Shown in pieces: positions 12,101-22,049 of a stretch of 64,000 nt of DNA. Made by a program: the position numbers and the translations under genes. Below the pieces are notes generated by a model, which was not told the DNA's origin, did not search any database, and saw nothing but the letters and a program-made list of their open reading frames with translations. Source of the DNA: an uncultured virus (IMG/VR IMGVR_UViG_3300044612_002649) (Duplodnaviria; Heunggongvirae; Uroviricota; Caudoviricetes). The stretch is from the IMG/VR virus record IMGVR_UViG_3300044612_002649. The stretch is one strand, 5' to 3'. How positions within the stretch are numbered: position 1 is the stretch's first letter; the number at the start of each line of letters is the position of its first letter.

Positions 12101-15100
12101 CATATGGTGTAGCGCCTTACACCAGTGACAACCTTGTTATGTGGGATGATATCGGTAATGGATTATTAAAAACACCTGGGTCAGAAAAAGTTATATCAAA
12201 ATATATACGTACATATTTGACTAATCATTTGCCAGTAGACAATATAGGTGAATTGGTAAATCCATTGGCGACTGGGTTATTATCAGGTATTGTATCTAAT
12301 GACACTAAAAATAATTTCGTATTTGGTGATGTTAGTCCAGTTGAATCAGCATGGAGAAGAAGTTCTTACTTCCCATTTAGTGTATTAATAACCTCTATAT
12401 TGTTAACTCCTACTAACACTATTGGTGTAACATTAGATAGATCCAGAATTCTCAGAAATGTAGTTGGGGAGTTGATTTATAAAGATACTAAACATGCAAC
12501 ATCTTCTAAAGATATTATACTACCAAGTGTTTATAGTAGCGAAACAACCGTGAGAACATCCGGTATTATAAATTATATTGTTAACTATATTGTAAGCTCT
12601 GATTTAACCACATATGATCAGTATATATATGATTTGTCAAATATTGGATTTGTGTTGAGTTATCGTGTTGGTGCATTCACTAGCAAAGAGAAGTTTAAAT
12701 TATTATTGGATTCAAGCTCACCATTAATTACTGGTAGTGTATTTGTACCACAAGAAGATTACTCAATCATTTTAAATAGTTCATCCCCTACAAAAAAAAT
12801 AACATATAGTGGTGTAATAATTACAAATTCTATTAATGGGTATTCTGTAAAAGGTTATAGTAATACCCAACCATACTTTACTTATTATCCGTGGATTTCG
12901 TCCGGATCAGTTGTTAATGTTGGTGGTATTTCTGAAAGCTATGTAATATGGACAGAAAACCAACAATATACAATTGGACAGGTCATTAAAGTTGGTAATT
13001 CTTATTATAGAGTAGTCACTGGGTTTAGATCCACCTCCATATTTGATAATTCAAACTTACAATTATTATCAGGATTACCAATCGTTGGTGGTCGAGATGC
13101 ATTCTTTAGAAAAGCGTGGGATAGAGATAATCCAATAACTATTCCATATAATACATCTTTTGATACAGAACAACAAGTGGTTGATTTTATATTAGGGTAT
13201 GGAGAATGGTTGTCTGATCAAGGATTTGTATTTGATGAATTCAATAACGAATTAAATCAGGTGGTAAACTGGCGAACTAGTGCAAAAGAATTTTTATTTT
13301 GGACAACACAAAATTGGTCAACTGGAAAAGATTTATGGACTGAATGGGTCCCAAATACATCATATCCGATAAATTCTATAGTCCAATATTTTGGAAATTA
13401 TTATAGTGCTATTCAGAATATTCCATCATCTCCGACATTTGATTATGATTTATATGAACCGATGTATGGATTGAGCAGTGTTGGTAGTTCCGTTATATCA
13501 TTGAGTCCAGCTGCGGATAAAATTACATTTTCAACTAATATTAATGTTGTTGATGATATTGCCAACCAATTTAATGATTATGAAATATTCAGAGTTGACG
13601 GGCAGCCGATCTCACCAACTGAATTGAGTTCATCACGAGATAATAATTTAGTGAGTTACTCTCCACGTAATGATAATGGAATATATAGTGCTAGTTTTTA
13701 TCTAGTGCAAAAAGAACATGTAGTATTATTGAATAACACAACATTATTTAAAGATTTAATTTACGATCCAATTAGTGGTTATAAGCAAAACAGAATAAAA
13801 ATATCAGCACATGTAAGTACAAATTGGTATGGTGGATTAGATCTTCCAGGTTTCATTTTTGATGAAGCGACTATATTAACCTGGGAGCCATGGAAAAGCT
13901 ATGCATTAGGTGACATTGTTCAGTATCAATCGTTATACTATAGTGCAGATTCATTTATTACTGGATCTGAATTATTTAATACAGCTGAATGGAATATATT
14001 ATCAGCAAAACCTGCAACAAAAATTCTACCAAACTGGACAAATGTTGCGACACAATTTGTTGAATTTTACAGCATGGATATAGAGAGTTTTAATAATTCT
14101 CAACAAAATTTAGCACAACATTTAATTGGGTATCAAAAACGACAATATTTAGAAAATATTATTAAAGATGATATTAGTGAATTTAAATTTTATCAAGGGA
14201 TGATTATTGATAAAGGTACACAAAATGTGTTCAATAAATTATTTGATGCAACTGCTGGTAGTTTGAAATTTTACGAAGAATGGGCTATTAGAGAAGGGCA
14301 ATATGGCTCTAGTTCTGCATTTGATGAAATCGAATTTACATTGAATCAATCTGATATTATTAATAATCCACAATGGTACAATTTGACTAATAAAAAAGAT
14401 CCATTATTAAGTGACTATGTACATCAAATAACTCCAGATGAGGTCTACCTGAGACCAATTGGGTATGATTCAAATCCATGGGTAACAGTTACTGGAAATA
14501 ACAGAGTATTAAGAACACCTGGGTTTGTTCGAGAAACTGACGTCTTGGCAACTGTTTCTGATCTATCTGGATTATTATCCCACAATATTGAATTGTTTGA
14601 TGAGGGATCTTATGTATGGTGCACTTTTGAAAATACATCATGGAATGTGTATAGATTTACTAATACCAATCTATCAGTAATTGATGCTATGACTGACAAT
14701 GCTGCTGAATATTTAACCATTATATGTTCAACACCAATCACAGAATTTGTTATTGGCGATTATATTGGTATTAAAGGGATAGATAAATTTTCAAAATTTT
14801 TTAAAGTAATATCTGTTTCTGATGATACATTGGTTGTTGCGGCATCGGGGGTGAAAATAATTCAGCCATTTGAACAGCAGTCAACCGCTATTATTTATAA
14901 ATTCGTATCGCACAGAATTTCTTCAATAAACAATGCACCATCAATATTACCGGCAGTGCTTAAGCCAAATGAATTAATTTGGTCAGATGATGATGGGAAT
15001 GGCAAATGGGCATCATGGCAACATTCTGATATTTATTCAGGTACTATGATTCCAAATCCTTATAAAGATACTAAATCAAATTTTGGTAGAGCGATTGCGT

Positions 15101-18100
15101 ATAGTAAAAATAATTTAATCATGGCGGTTTCAACCACCAATGGTGAAATTTATGTCTATGATGTCATTAGACGGTTGTCTCAAGTAATTTCTAGACCATT
15201 CATATCACATAATGATATTAATAAACTTATCACATTTGGATCTACTATTGCTGTTTCTGATGATGGTCAATGGTTAGTTATTGGTTCACCGATGGTTGGT
15301 CAAGCTGCATCTATTGATAATCAACAAGAACCATCGGTTGACAATCATGTAGTTATGAAGTCATTTGTCAATTCTTCATATTCAAATCAAGGTGTTGTTT
15401 CAATATATGGTAAAGATGTACGTGGGAAATATTATATTAAAAATACATTCACAAGCCCAGAACCTTCTGACAATGAATATTTTGGTTCTGCGATAGAATT
15501 TAGCGGTAATACATTATATGTTGGTGCAGCTGGTAATTCTAATAAAGCTGGTAAAGTATATTCTTTGAATTATAATGCAACAGTACATGTGGAAACATCA
15601 TTTAATGTAATTGGAAATAACGAAACTAGTATTAAAGTTGCAAGTACTGACGGTATTGAATTTGGTATGTATATTGTTGGAACTGGATTTAATAGTAATC
15701 AATATGTGTCGTCTGTTGATATTGATGGATATTCATTGACTATTAGTGCACCACCTGATACACAACCGAGTGGCATTTTGCAATTTGTAACTTATGGATG
15801 GGAACATTCAAATGTTAATTATTCTGTACCAAATACATCTAATTTTGGGTCATCTATTATAGCTACAGAAGATACCACAACAATAGTAATTGCATCTAAC
15901 GGTAACGTGTATGTCTATAAAAATAATACGTTGTTTCAGACAATAACAAAACCTTCTCCATCGTTTGGACGAAGCATAGCTGTATCAGACACTGGTGAAT
16001 ATATTGCCATATCTGATATGTTAGCATTAGATGAATTTGTGCACGAGGGAAGTGTTTACATTTATAAATTACAAGGGAATTCATATGTAGAATATCAAAA
16101 AATTCTGAATAGATCTCCGGTGGTAAATGAACAATTCGGGACAAACATAGCTTTTATGAATGATTATGCAACATTGGTAATATATAGTGGTGATACTGAT
16201 AATCCATATGGCAGAGTTGAAATTTATGATCGATATGCATCAGAGTGGATTTATGCGGAACGTCTTTCACCTCTAACCTTCCAAGCTGGAAAATTTATTT
16301 CAGGTAATTCATATACTATCATATCAGTTGGTTCTACAGATTTTACTACAATTGGCGCATATAGTAATTTAGTTGGTGAATCATTTGTTGCAACTGGATC
16401 TGGCTCGGGTTCCGGCGTGGCATCATTGTATTTGGGAAATACATCCATTAAACAAGCTGGGTCATTTGATAAAGGAAATACTTATACTATTGTTTCAATT
16501 GGTAATACTGATTTTACGGCAATCGGGGCAGCAAGTAATACGGTGGGTACTGTTTTTATTGCATCTGATATTGGGTCTGGAACAGGTACTGCTTCTTTTA
16601 ATCTAGGATTTGCAGTTTCAACAAATAGAATTGCAATAGGAGAACCTGTTGATGCTGATAAAAAAACGAATACTCAGTTTATCGAATCTGGATTAGTATT
16701 TGAATATAAAAAACCAACCGACAGTTATAGTTGGATTAAAAAATATTCTGAATTAGACAAACCTGATATTTCAAAAATTAAAAAAGCATTTTTATACAAT
16801 AAAGTCACTAATAAATTTGTAAAATATGTGGATATTATTGACCCAATACAAGGGAAGATTCCTGGACCAGCAGCACAAGAATTAACATACAGAACATTCA
16901 CTGATCCAGCGGTGTATTCAGTGGTTGAATCATCGTTGTTGAGTTCAGTTGACTATGATGCAGAATCAGCATGGACTACTGCACAAACTGGTCAATTGTG
17001 GTGGGATTTGAGAACTACTAAATTTGTTGAATGCTATGACGATGAAATCATGTATAGAGCAAATAACTGGAATACGTTGGCACATGGTGCATCTATTGAC
17101 ATTTATGAATGGGTTGAATCAGATGTGTTGCCATCTGTGTGGGATATTCAGGCAGATACAGCAACTGGCTTGGCACTTGGTATTAGTGGCACATCTCTAT
17201 ATGGAAACACTGTATACAGTATTAGACAAACTTATGACAATATAAGCAAAACCACAAAAAATACCTATTATTTCTGGGTTAAAAATAAAACAACTGTTCC
17301 AAATAATTCTTCAAGAACTATTTCAAGTGCAAGTATTGCTGGATTGATTACTAATCCTAGTGCATATGGATATCAACACATTTCGATTACTGGTGGTAAT
17401 TCATTTATGATATCCAATATGGCAAGATTATTGAATAAGGATGATATAGTCTTGTCCATTCAGTATTGGTTAGTTGACAATAAGAATTTCAATACTCATT
17501 CTCAATGGCGACTGATAAGCAATGATATTACCACCATTATTCCAGACCGTATTCAAACAAAATGGATTGATAGTTTATGTGGTAGTGATTTGAAGGGTAG
17601 ATTAGTACCAGATACAAGTTTGCCACCTAAATTATTATATGGTGTTGAAAACAGACCACGACAAAGTATGTTCGTGAATCGATTTGAAGCATTAAAACAA
17701 ATCATTGAGCATGTTAATTTAGTATTGGAAAAAAATCAAATATCAACTACCAAAGATTTAACAATGCTACAATCATTTGATGCCGCAGCAAACGTTTCTG
17801 CAAATTTATACGATATTGAAGTTGATACAGAATTAGATTTGACATTTGTAAATTCTAGTATATTTAAAAAACCTGCATTATCCCCATATATCATAGATGG
17901 CAAAATTATTGGAGTCGAAATTATAAATTCTGGGGTTGGGTATCAAAATTCGCCAATGGTCGAAGTAATTGGATCAGGCGTTGGTGCAATTATATCCACC
18001 AATTTAAATAGCAAAGGTCAAATCATATCATGTAATATTGTTAATGGCGGATATGGATATACCGATGAAACCAGTTTAATTGTTAGAAATTATGCCGTAC

Positions 18101-21100
18101 TTGTTAATAGTGATGCCGAATCTAATGGATCATGGTGCTTATATTCCTATGATCCAGATAAAGATTTGTTAACTAGAAGCTTGGTTAAATCATACGATAC
18201 TACCAAATATTGGTATTATGTCGATTGGTACCTTTCTGGGTATAGCAAATTTACGGTGATTAATTACATTGTCAATTTAATTGATGATATTCAGCAAATA
18301 GGTGTGCAAGCAGGCGATATTGTAAAAATAAAAACAAATAGTTCTGGTGAATGGACAATAATTAGAATTGATTCAGTTGTTAACTACATACAGTATACCA
18401 CAGTTGGAATTCAAAATGGTACTATTCAATTAAGTTCAGGATTATATGAATCAGCACAATATGATTCATCATTCTATGCAAGTGCTGGGTATGACAACTA
18501 CCCAACTACTGAATTAAGAATAATTTTAGAATCATTAAAAAATGATATTTTTGTGGATGATTTATACAGCGAATATTTAAATTTATTTTTTTCAAGTGTT
18601 AGATATGCATTGAGTGAACAAAATTATTTAGATTGGATTTTTAAAACTAGTTTTATAAAAGCTAAACATACGGCAAGTCCGTTGCACCAACCAGTTACAT
18701 ACAGAAATGATAACTTATCAGATTTTGAAAAATATGTATCAGAAGTTAAGCCATATAGAACTCAAGTTCGTGAATATATAAGTACATACAATGGATTAGA
18801 CAACAGTAATACCATGGTTTCTGATTTCGATTTGCCATCCGTGATAACAGATGGCGTTAATACACCAATTAATATTACCATTGTTGATGGTGAAATTCGA
18901 TCAGATAATGCTGTTGTCAATCAATATCCATGGAAGTCGTGGCTAGATAATGTTGGTTTTCAAATTGTTGATATTCTAATTTCGATACCTGGTAATAATT
19001 ATGATGAAGCACCAACAGTACTCATTGAGAGTGATTCTGGATCTGGTGCTACTGCGATTGCAACAGTTGAAGGTGGAAGAGTTACAAATATAACTATTAC
19101 TAATCCTGGATCTGGCTATATTACTACTCCACGAGTAGTAATTCAGCAATCTCCTACTGGGGCATCTGCGGTTGCCACTGCTATTCTTGGTAACAGTGTA
19201 GTACGAACAAGCAAAATCAAGATGAAATTTGATAGAATTAATTATGATTATGTGCTTAATACATTAGAAGAATCTGAAACCTTTATAGGAAATGGGCTTC
19301 AAACAACGTTCCCACTAAAATGGTCACCAGATATTAGAAATGGATATACTGTAATCAAAATTGACGGAATAGTTATATTCAGTCATCAATTCACAATTTC
19401 TAAAGTCGAAACTCCAGTTGAGTATGAATATTATACTCAACATACCGGCGAGATTGTATTTAATGAAGCACCATTGCTTAATTCTATAATCGAAGTTATG
19501 TATACTAAAGATAGTGAAATATTAACAGAAACCGATAGAATTCAATTCTACTATAATACAAAAGTTGGTGAATTAGGTAAGGAATTGCCACAACTATTGA
19601 CTGGGATCGATTATGCTGGTGTAATAGTTGATGGTATTTCATTTGATATTAATAAAGGTTGGAATAGTCTTGCCTATAACTCTGGTAGATGGAATAGTTA
19701 TGATCCAAATTTTACAGATTATACTAAAACAATTTCAGTTGATGATATCACTAATAATACTGATCATGAAATACTGCTCCCATATATTCCAACAATTGGT
19801 GAATTGCTGACCATTTATAAAAACGAAATACGATTGGATGATTTATTATTTTCAACACCTGATCAAATCAATGTTGATGCAATCATGCAAACGCCACAGG
19901 TTATGGCAGAATCAACTGATTCTGTAGTTATTAATCAAGATGGCTCAGTGACTATTGTATTGCCATCATCATTATCTGTAGTAGTAAATGATGTATTTGT
20001 TGTACGGAAATTCGATAGTGATGGATCAGTATCGCCTGATTATGAAGATATTGATACCGTATTACTTGGTGGCAATCTGCCGTATACAACGGCGACTGGA
20101 TACGCACCATCTGATATAATTGTTGATGGAGATGGTTTTGTAACACCAACTACCAGTCCAGCACCAGAGGAATTAATTGCTGGACAATTAATTGATACAT
20201 TATCAATTAAAGTAACACAGCCTGGCATTGGTTATCGTCAATTCAAAGACATGTTGAATAAAACTCGTTATACAGTATTAAATGCTGATAAAAAAACCAC
20301 TTTAGCTGCACCATTGCGTTGGTATGATACCGAGATTTATGTAAATGATCCGTCTGTCTTGGACGAACCAAGTCCAGCAAATAATCAACCAGGAGTGATT
20401 GAAATTGGGAGTGAGCGTATTGAATATTTTGTTATTAATAATAATGCACTATCCCAGTTAAGACGAGCTACACTAGGAACTGGAGCAAGAACTGAATATG
20501 TGATTGGAACAGATGTTCAAAATATAGGATATAGTCAAGAAATTATATATTCTGATAATACAATTACAAAAACAATTATTGTTTCTGACGATTCAAATTT
20601 AATTGATTTAGATTTCATTCCACGAAAGTCGTTATTTGACCGTGATATATGGGCAAATGATCCATTCAGACCAAGCACATTTGAAACATCTATTCCACCG
20701 GAATATGGACAGACCAATGATATTGAATTATTTGTCGGTGGATATACTCATACGCAATGGGAAAGCGATACAATTTATTATACTGATCAAATCATTACTC
20801 ATAATGGATTTTTATATAGAATTAATGCAAAACATTTATCTGGTGAAGGATTTGAAGAACAGGTATCATTATTAGATTTGAATGATGATGTTATTGAGGA
20901 GAACGTGCCGTATAATACTGTTTATTCCATTTTTGATATATCTTCTAATACTGCATGGATGGTAAATACGATATATGATGTAAATCAAATAGTTTACCAT
21001 AATAGCCAGCTTTATAGAATAAAATCAAGACATCGTTCTGGGTCTACATTTGAAAGTGACGTTACTACATTGGCATTGGATGAAACCGTTATTAGTGAAG

Positions 21101-21345
21101 GTGTAAAAGCATCGGCAGTTCGTGAGATTTGTGGAAATCAATCTAGATTGAAAAAATCACCATATATTATGCATGATCAAAATGTGTCATTATATAGCCC
21201 AACCGGTGATGTGTACTTTGATGCAGATTTTTCAGTAGATGGGGTTAATAAACAAGTTAGATTAACCCATAAACTACCAGTTGGTACAATTATTACCATT
21301 GTGAAACAAACTGGGGTTGAATGGAATAATCAATATACGATTTAA
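9145..21345 (+). CDS. Giant 4066-aa baseplate/virion structural protein with FG-GAP-like and carbohydrate-binding-like repeats
   Basis: Uninterrupted ORF after gp6; starts with LLP.IYRT..NKKFL; internal repeats visible. Confidence 0.75.
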   Translation: MANSVNSKSTNISASLLPGIYRTDTNKKFLQATVEQLTQRGTVSKINGYIGRQNAKATNGNDVFIEAADPTRQNYQLEPSMVINDQQGNNIFFKDYQDYINQLSVFGSNVSNHSRLNKSEIYSWDPQIDWDKFVNFQQYHWLPEGPSVITIDDAVENIIGQQSYNITSSVLLSNGMLIRLSDNIEYYVEGVGTSIKLIEFSVFSEYSSSEHDYVVINRASVEQSPWVLGNNWVHADVIKTSLQLNGLIPDIDNSTRAKRPIIEFNANLGLYNYGYNRIDNVDFYDTLTTDAFSTVEGSTGYYIDKVGLKPGDRVIFSVDTDATVRNNVYEIKLVKSKIHLRLVHTATMHDVVKIKNGIENSISTIVNKQLWFDGMSWQIAQKKTSLHQSPLFDVFDENGNSFGDNSVYLGTTFVGNKIFSYAAGTNGSVDPVLGFILTYKPINNIGDIIFNFNFATDTFKYSESSAVKTYSVSSGFLKKIANDGSATYSSGWKKCELSNTQAAVRIYKNLNIVNDFNLDIYDDINQLTDLEIRIYVNGVRLNKTNGTINNWSIIDGPLYKKIRFNTDLLLTDILTVRSFSKQPINTNGYYELPLNLQNNPQNQSIGSMALSEVLDHVDSIVDNLGTQFVGEIPGYNNLRDLPNISSYGTKFVKHGCPFELSLFHITSSSTNVIRALEKAREDYNKFKRTFISVAETLGIDTDVKTHVDMILTHINKNTPVTSPYYFSDMVPYGPSIKTEFEVIDYRITQYPMTTIFTLNELSNKAVGVYVNNAQLIYGSDYIFNSQGFVDIKSSLNTGDVVTIYEYENTDGCFIPETLTKLGIWPKYVPSIYEDTTLINPVNMIQGHDGSMVLAYDDYRDALLLELETRIYNNIKIEYDPTIFDINDIIPRYGVENDYSLAEFNSILESSFYKWTSLIDVDFTKVIGYDSTNPYTFNYYGYSTPDNKSVPGYWRGIYKWLYGTDRPNMCPWEMLGLTIKPEWWENTYGVAPYTSDNLVMWDDIGNGLLKTPGSEKVISKYIRTYLTNHLPVDNIGELVNPLATGLLSGIVSNDTKNNFVFGDVSPVESAWRRSSYFPFSVLITSILLTPTNTIGVTLDRSRILRNVVGELIYKDTKHATSSKDIILPSVYSSETTVRTSGIINYIVNYIVSSDLTTYDQYIYDLSNIGFVLSYRVGAFTSKEKFKLLLDSSSPLITGSVFVPQEDYSIILNSSSPTKKITYSGVIITNSINGYSVKGYSNTQPYFTYYPWISSGSVVNVGGISESYVIWTENQQYTIGQVIKVGNSYYRVVTGFRSTSIFDNSNLQLLSGLPIVGGRDAFFRKAWDRDNPITIPYNTSFDTEQQVVDFILGYGEWLSDQGFVFDEFNNELNQVVNWRTSAKEFLFWTTQNWSTGKDLWTEWVPNTSYPINSIVQYFGNYYSAIQNIPSSPTFDYDLYEPMYGLSSVGSSVISLSPAADKITFSTNINVVDDIANQFNDYEIFRVDGQPISPTELSSSRDNNLVSYSPRNDNGIYSASFYLVQKEHVVLLNNTTLFKDLIYDPISGYKQNRIKISAHVSTNWYGGLDLPGFIFDEATILTWEPWKSYALGDIVQYQSLYYSADSFITGSELFNTAEWNILSAKPATKILPNWTNVATQFVEFYSMDIESFNNSQQNLAQHLIGYQKRQYLENIIKDDISEFKFYQGMIIDKGTQNVFNKLFDATAGSLKFYEEWAIREGQYGSSSAFDEIEFTLNQSDIINNPQWYNLTNKKDPLLSDYVHQITPDEVYLRPIGYDSNPWVTVTGNNRVLRTPGFVRETDVLATVSDLSGLLSHNIELFDEGSYVWCTFENTSWNVYRFTNTNLSVIDAMTDNAAEYLTIICSTPITEFVIGDYIGIKGIDKFSKFFKVISVSDDTLVVAASGVKIIQPFEQQSTAIIYKFVSHRISSINNAPSILPAVLKPNELIWSDDDGNGKWASWQHSDIYSGTMIPNPYKDTKSNFGRAIAYSKNNLIMAVSTTNGEIYVYDVIRRLSQVISRPFISHNDINKLITFGSTIAVSDDGQWLVIGSPMVGQAASIDNQQEPSVDNHVVMKSFVNSSYSNQGVVSIYGKDVRGKYYIKNTFTSPEPSDNEYFGSAIEFSGNTLYVGAAGNSNKAGKVYSLNYNATVHVETSFNVIGNNETSIKVASTDGIEFGMYIVGTGFNSNQYVSSVDIDGYSLTISAPPDTQPSGILQFVTYGWEHSNVNYSVPNTSNFGSSIIATEDTTTIVIASNGNVYVYKNNTLFQTITKPSPSFGRSIAVSDTGEYIAISDMLALDEFVHEGSVYIYKLQGNSYVEYQKILNRSPVVNEQFGTNIAFMNDYATLVIYSGDTDNPYGRVEIYDRYASEWIYAERLSPLTFQAGKFISGNSYTIISVGSTDFTTIGAYSNLVGESFVATGSGSGSGVASLYLGNTSIKQAGSFDKGNTYTIVSIGNTDFTAIGAASNTVGTVFIASDIGSGTGTASFNLGFAVSTNRIAIGEPVDADKKTNTQFIESGLVFEYKKPTDSYSWIKKYSELDKPDISKIKKAFLYNKVTNKFVKYVDIIDPIQGKIPGPAAQELTYRTFTDPAVYSVVESSLLSSVDYDAESAWTTAQTGQLWWDLRTTKFVECYDDEIMYRANNWNTLAHGASIDIYEWVESDVLPSVWDIQADTATGLALGISGTSLYGNTVYSIRQTYDNISKTTKNTYYFWVKNKTTVPNNSSRTISSASIAGLITNPSAYGYQHISITGGNSFMISNMARLLNKDDIVLSIQYWLVDNKNFNTHSQWRLISNDITTIIPDRIQTKWIDSLCGSDLKGRLVPDTSLPPKLLYGVENRPRQSMFVNRFEALKQIIEHVNLVLEKNQISTTKDLTMLQSFDAAANVSANLYDIEVDTELDLTFVNSSIFKKPALSPYIIDGKIIGVEIINSGVGYQNSPMVEVIGSGVGAIISTNLNSKGQIISCNIVNGGYGYTDETSLIVRNYAVLVNSDAESNGSWCLYSYDPDKDLLTRSLVKSYDTTKYWYYVDWYLSGYSKFTVINYIVNLIDDIQQIGVQAGDIVKIKTNSSGEWTIIRIDSVVNYIQYTTVGIQNGTIQLSSGLYESAQYDSSFYASAGYDNYPTTELRIILESLKNDIFVDDLYSEYLNLFFSSVRYALSEQNYLDWIFKTSFIKAKHTASPLHQPVTYRNDNLSDFEKYVSEVKPYRTQVREYISTYNGLDNSNTMVSDFDLPSVITDGVNTPINITIVDGEIRSDNAVVNQYPWKSWLDNVGFQIVDILISIPGNNYDEAPTVLIESDSGSGATAIATVEGGRVTNITITNPGSGYITTPRVVIQQSPTGASAVATAILGNSVVRTSKIKMKFDRINYDYVLNTLEESETFIGNGLQTTFPLKWSPDIRNGYTVIKIDGIVIFSHQFTISKVETPVEYEYYTQHTGEIVFNEAPLLNSIIEVMYTKDSEILTETDRIQFYYNTKVGELGKELPQLLTGIDYAGVIVDGISFDINKGWNSLAYNSGRWNSYDPNFTDYTKTISVDDITNNTDHEILLPYIPTIGELLTIYKNEIRLDDLLFSTPDQINVDAIMQTPQVMAESTDSVVINQDGSVTIVLPSSLSVVVNDVFVVRKFDSDGSVSPDYEDIDTVLLGGNLPYTTATGYAPSDIIVDGDGFVTPTTSPAPEELIAGQLIDTLSIKVTQPGIGYRQFKDMLNKTRYTVLNADKKTTLAAPLRWYDTEIYVNDPSVLDEPSPANNQPGVIEIGSERIEYFVINNNALSQLRRATLGTGARTEYVIGTDVQNIGYSQEIIYSDNTITKTIIVSDDSNLIDLDFIPRKSLFDRDIWANDPFRPSTFETSIPPEYGQTNDIELFVGGYTHTQWESDTIYYTDQIITHNGFLYRINAKHLSGEGFEEQVSLLDLNDDVIEENVPYNTVYSIFDISSNTAWMVNTIYDVNQIVYHNSQLYRIKSRHRSGSTFESDVTTLALDETVISEGVKASAVREICGNQSRLKKSPYIMHDQNVSLYSPTGDVYFDADFSVDGVNKQVRLTHKLPVGTIITIVKQTGVEWNNQYTI
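16282..16596 (+). repeat. Intragenic tandem duplication of a ~48-aa module
   Basis: QAGKFISGNSYTIISVGSTDFTTIGA...GSGSGSGVAS vs QAGSFDKGNTYTIVSIGNTDFTAIGA...GSGTGTAS. Confidence 0.85.
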
Positions 21346-21371
21346 TCAACTACAGTAATATTAATCATAAA

Positions 21372-21400
21372 AATACCCAATGATAATATCATTGGGTATT
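21372..21400. terminator. 13-bp inverted repeat, likely terminator or stabilising hairpin
   Basis: aatacccaatgat-aat-atcattgggtatt after the giant gene. Confidence 0.6.
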
Positions 21401-21422
21401 AAATTAGTAGTTAATGATTATT

Positions 21423-21430
21423 GATAAATA
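21423..21430 (+). promoter_or_regulatory. T4-type late promoter GATAAATA
   Basis: Matches the recurring NATAAATA motif, 20 nt before ATG 21451. Confidence 0.65.
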
Positions 21431-21450
21431 CATTAATATGAGAGATTACT

Positions 21451-22047
21451 ATGCAAAGTAAAGAAAGAACTGGAATTCAACTTGAAGGACATATAAAAAT
21501 TTGGGATCCTACTACAACTGAAGTGTTTGTAGATAAACGTAATGCAATTCATTATGAAAATTTTAGTATTGCACTAGCAAATTCAGTTGCGAATAAAAAT
21601 AAAGATTTTGTATATCAAATGGCATTTGGTAATGGTGGAACTTTTGTTGATCCAACCGGTATTATTACATATTTAACTCCAAACAGTTTTGGTTCAAATG
21701 CTAGTTTATATAATGAAACATATACCAAGGTAGTTGATGATACATCTGAAAACAATTTAGATAGATCTAGAAATTATATTGAAGTATTACATACAACTGG
21801 TAATAATTATTCTGATATACTTGTTACTTGTTTGCTGGATTATAGTGAACCGTATGGTCAAAGTGGTACGGACACACCAAATGGCGAACAAGCGTATATT
21901 TTTGATGAGTTGGGTCTTCAAAGTTATGATCCACACGGTAATCCATTGTTATTGACTCATGTTATATTTCATCCAGTTCAAAAATCATTAAATCGTTTAG
22001 TTCAAGTTGATTATACTGTAAGAATACAGAGCTTATCTGGAGTTTAA
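21451..22047 (+). CDS. Virion structural (baseplate/tail) protein
   Basis: N-terminal GHIKI...KRNAI, AFGNGG, FDELGL, HP.QKS...V.YTVRI; structural context. Confidence 0.6.
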   Translation: MQSKERTGIQLEGHIKIWDPTTTEVFVDKRNAIHYENFSIALANSVANKNKDFVYQMAFGNGGTFVDPTGIITYLTPNSFGSNASLYNETYTKVVDDTSENNLDRSRNYIEVLHTTGNNYSDILVTCLLDYSEPYGQSGTDTPNGEQAYIFDELGLQSYDPHGNPLLLTHVIFHPVQKSLNRLVQVDYTVRIQSLSGV

Positions 22048-22049
22048 TC

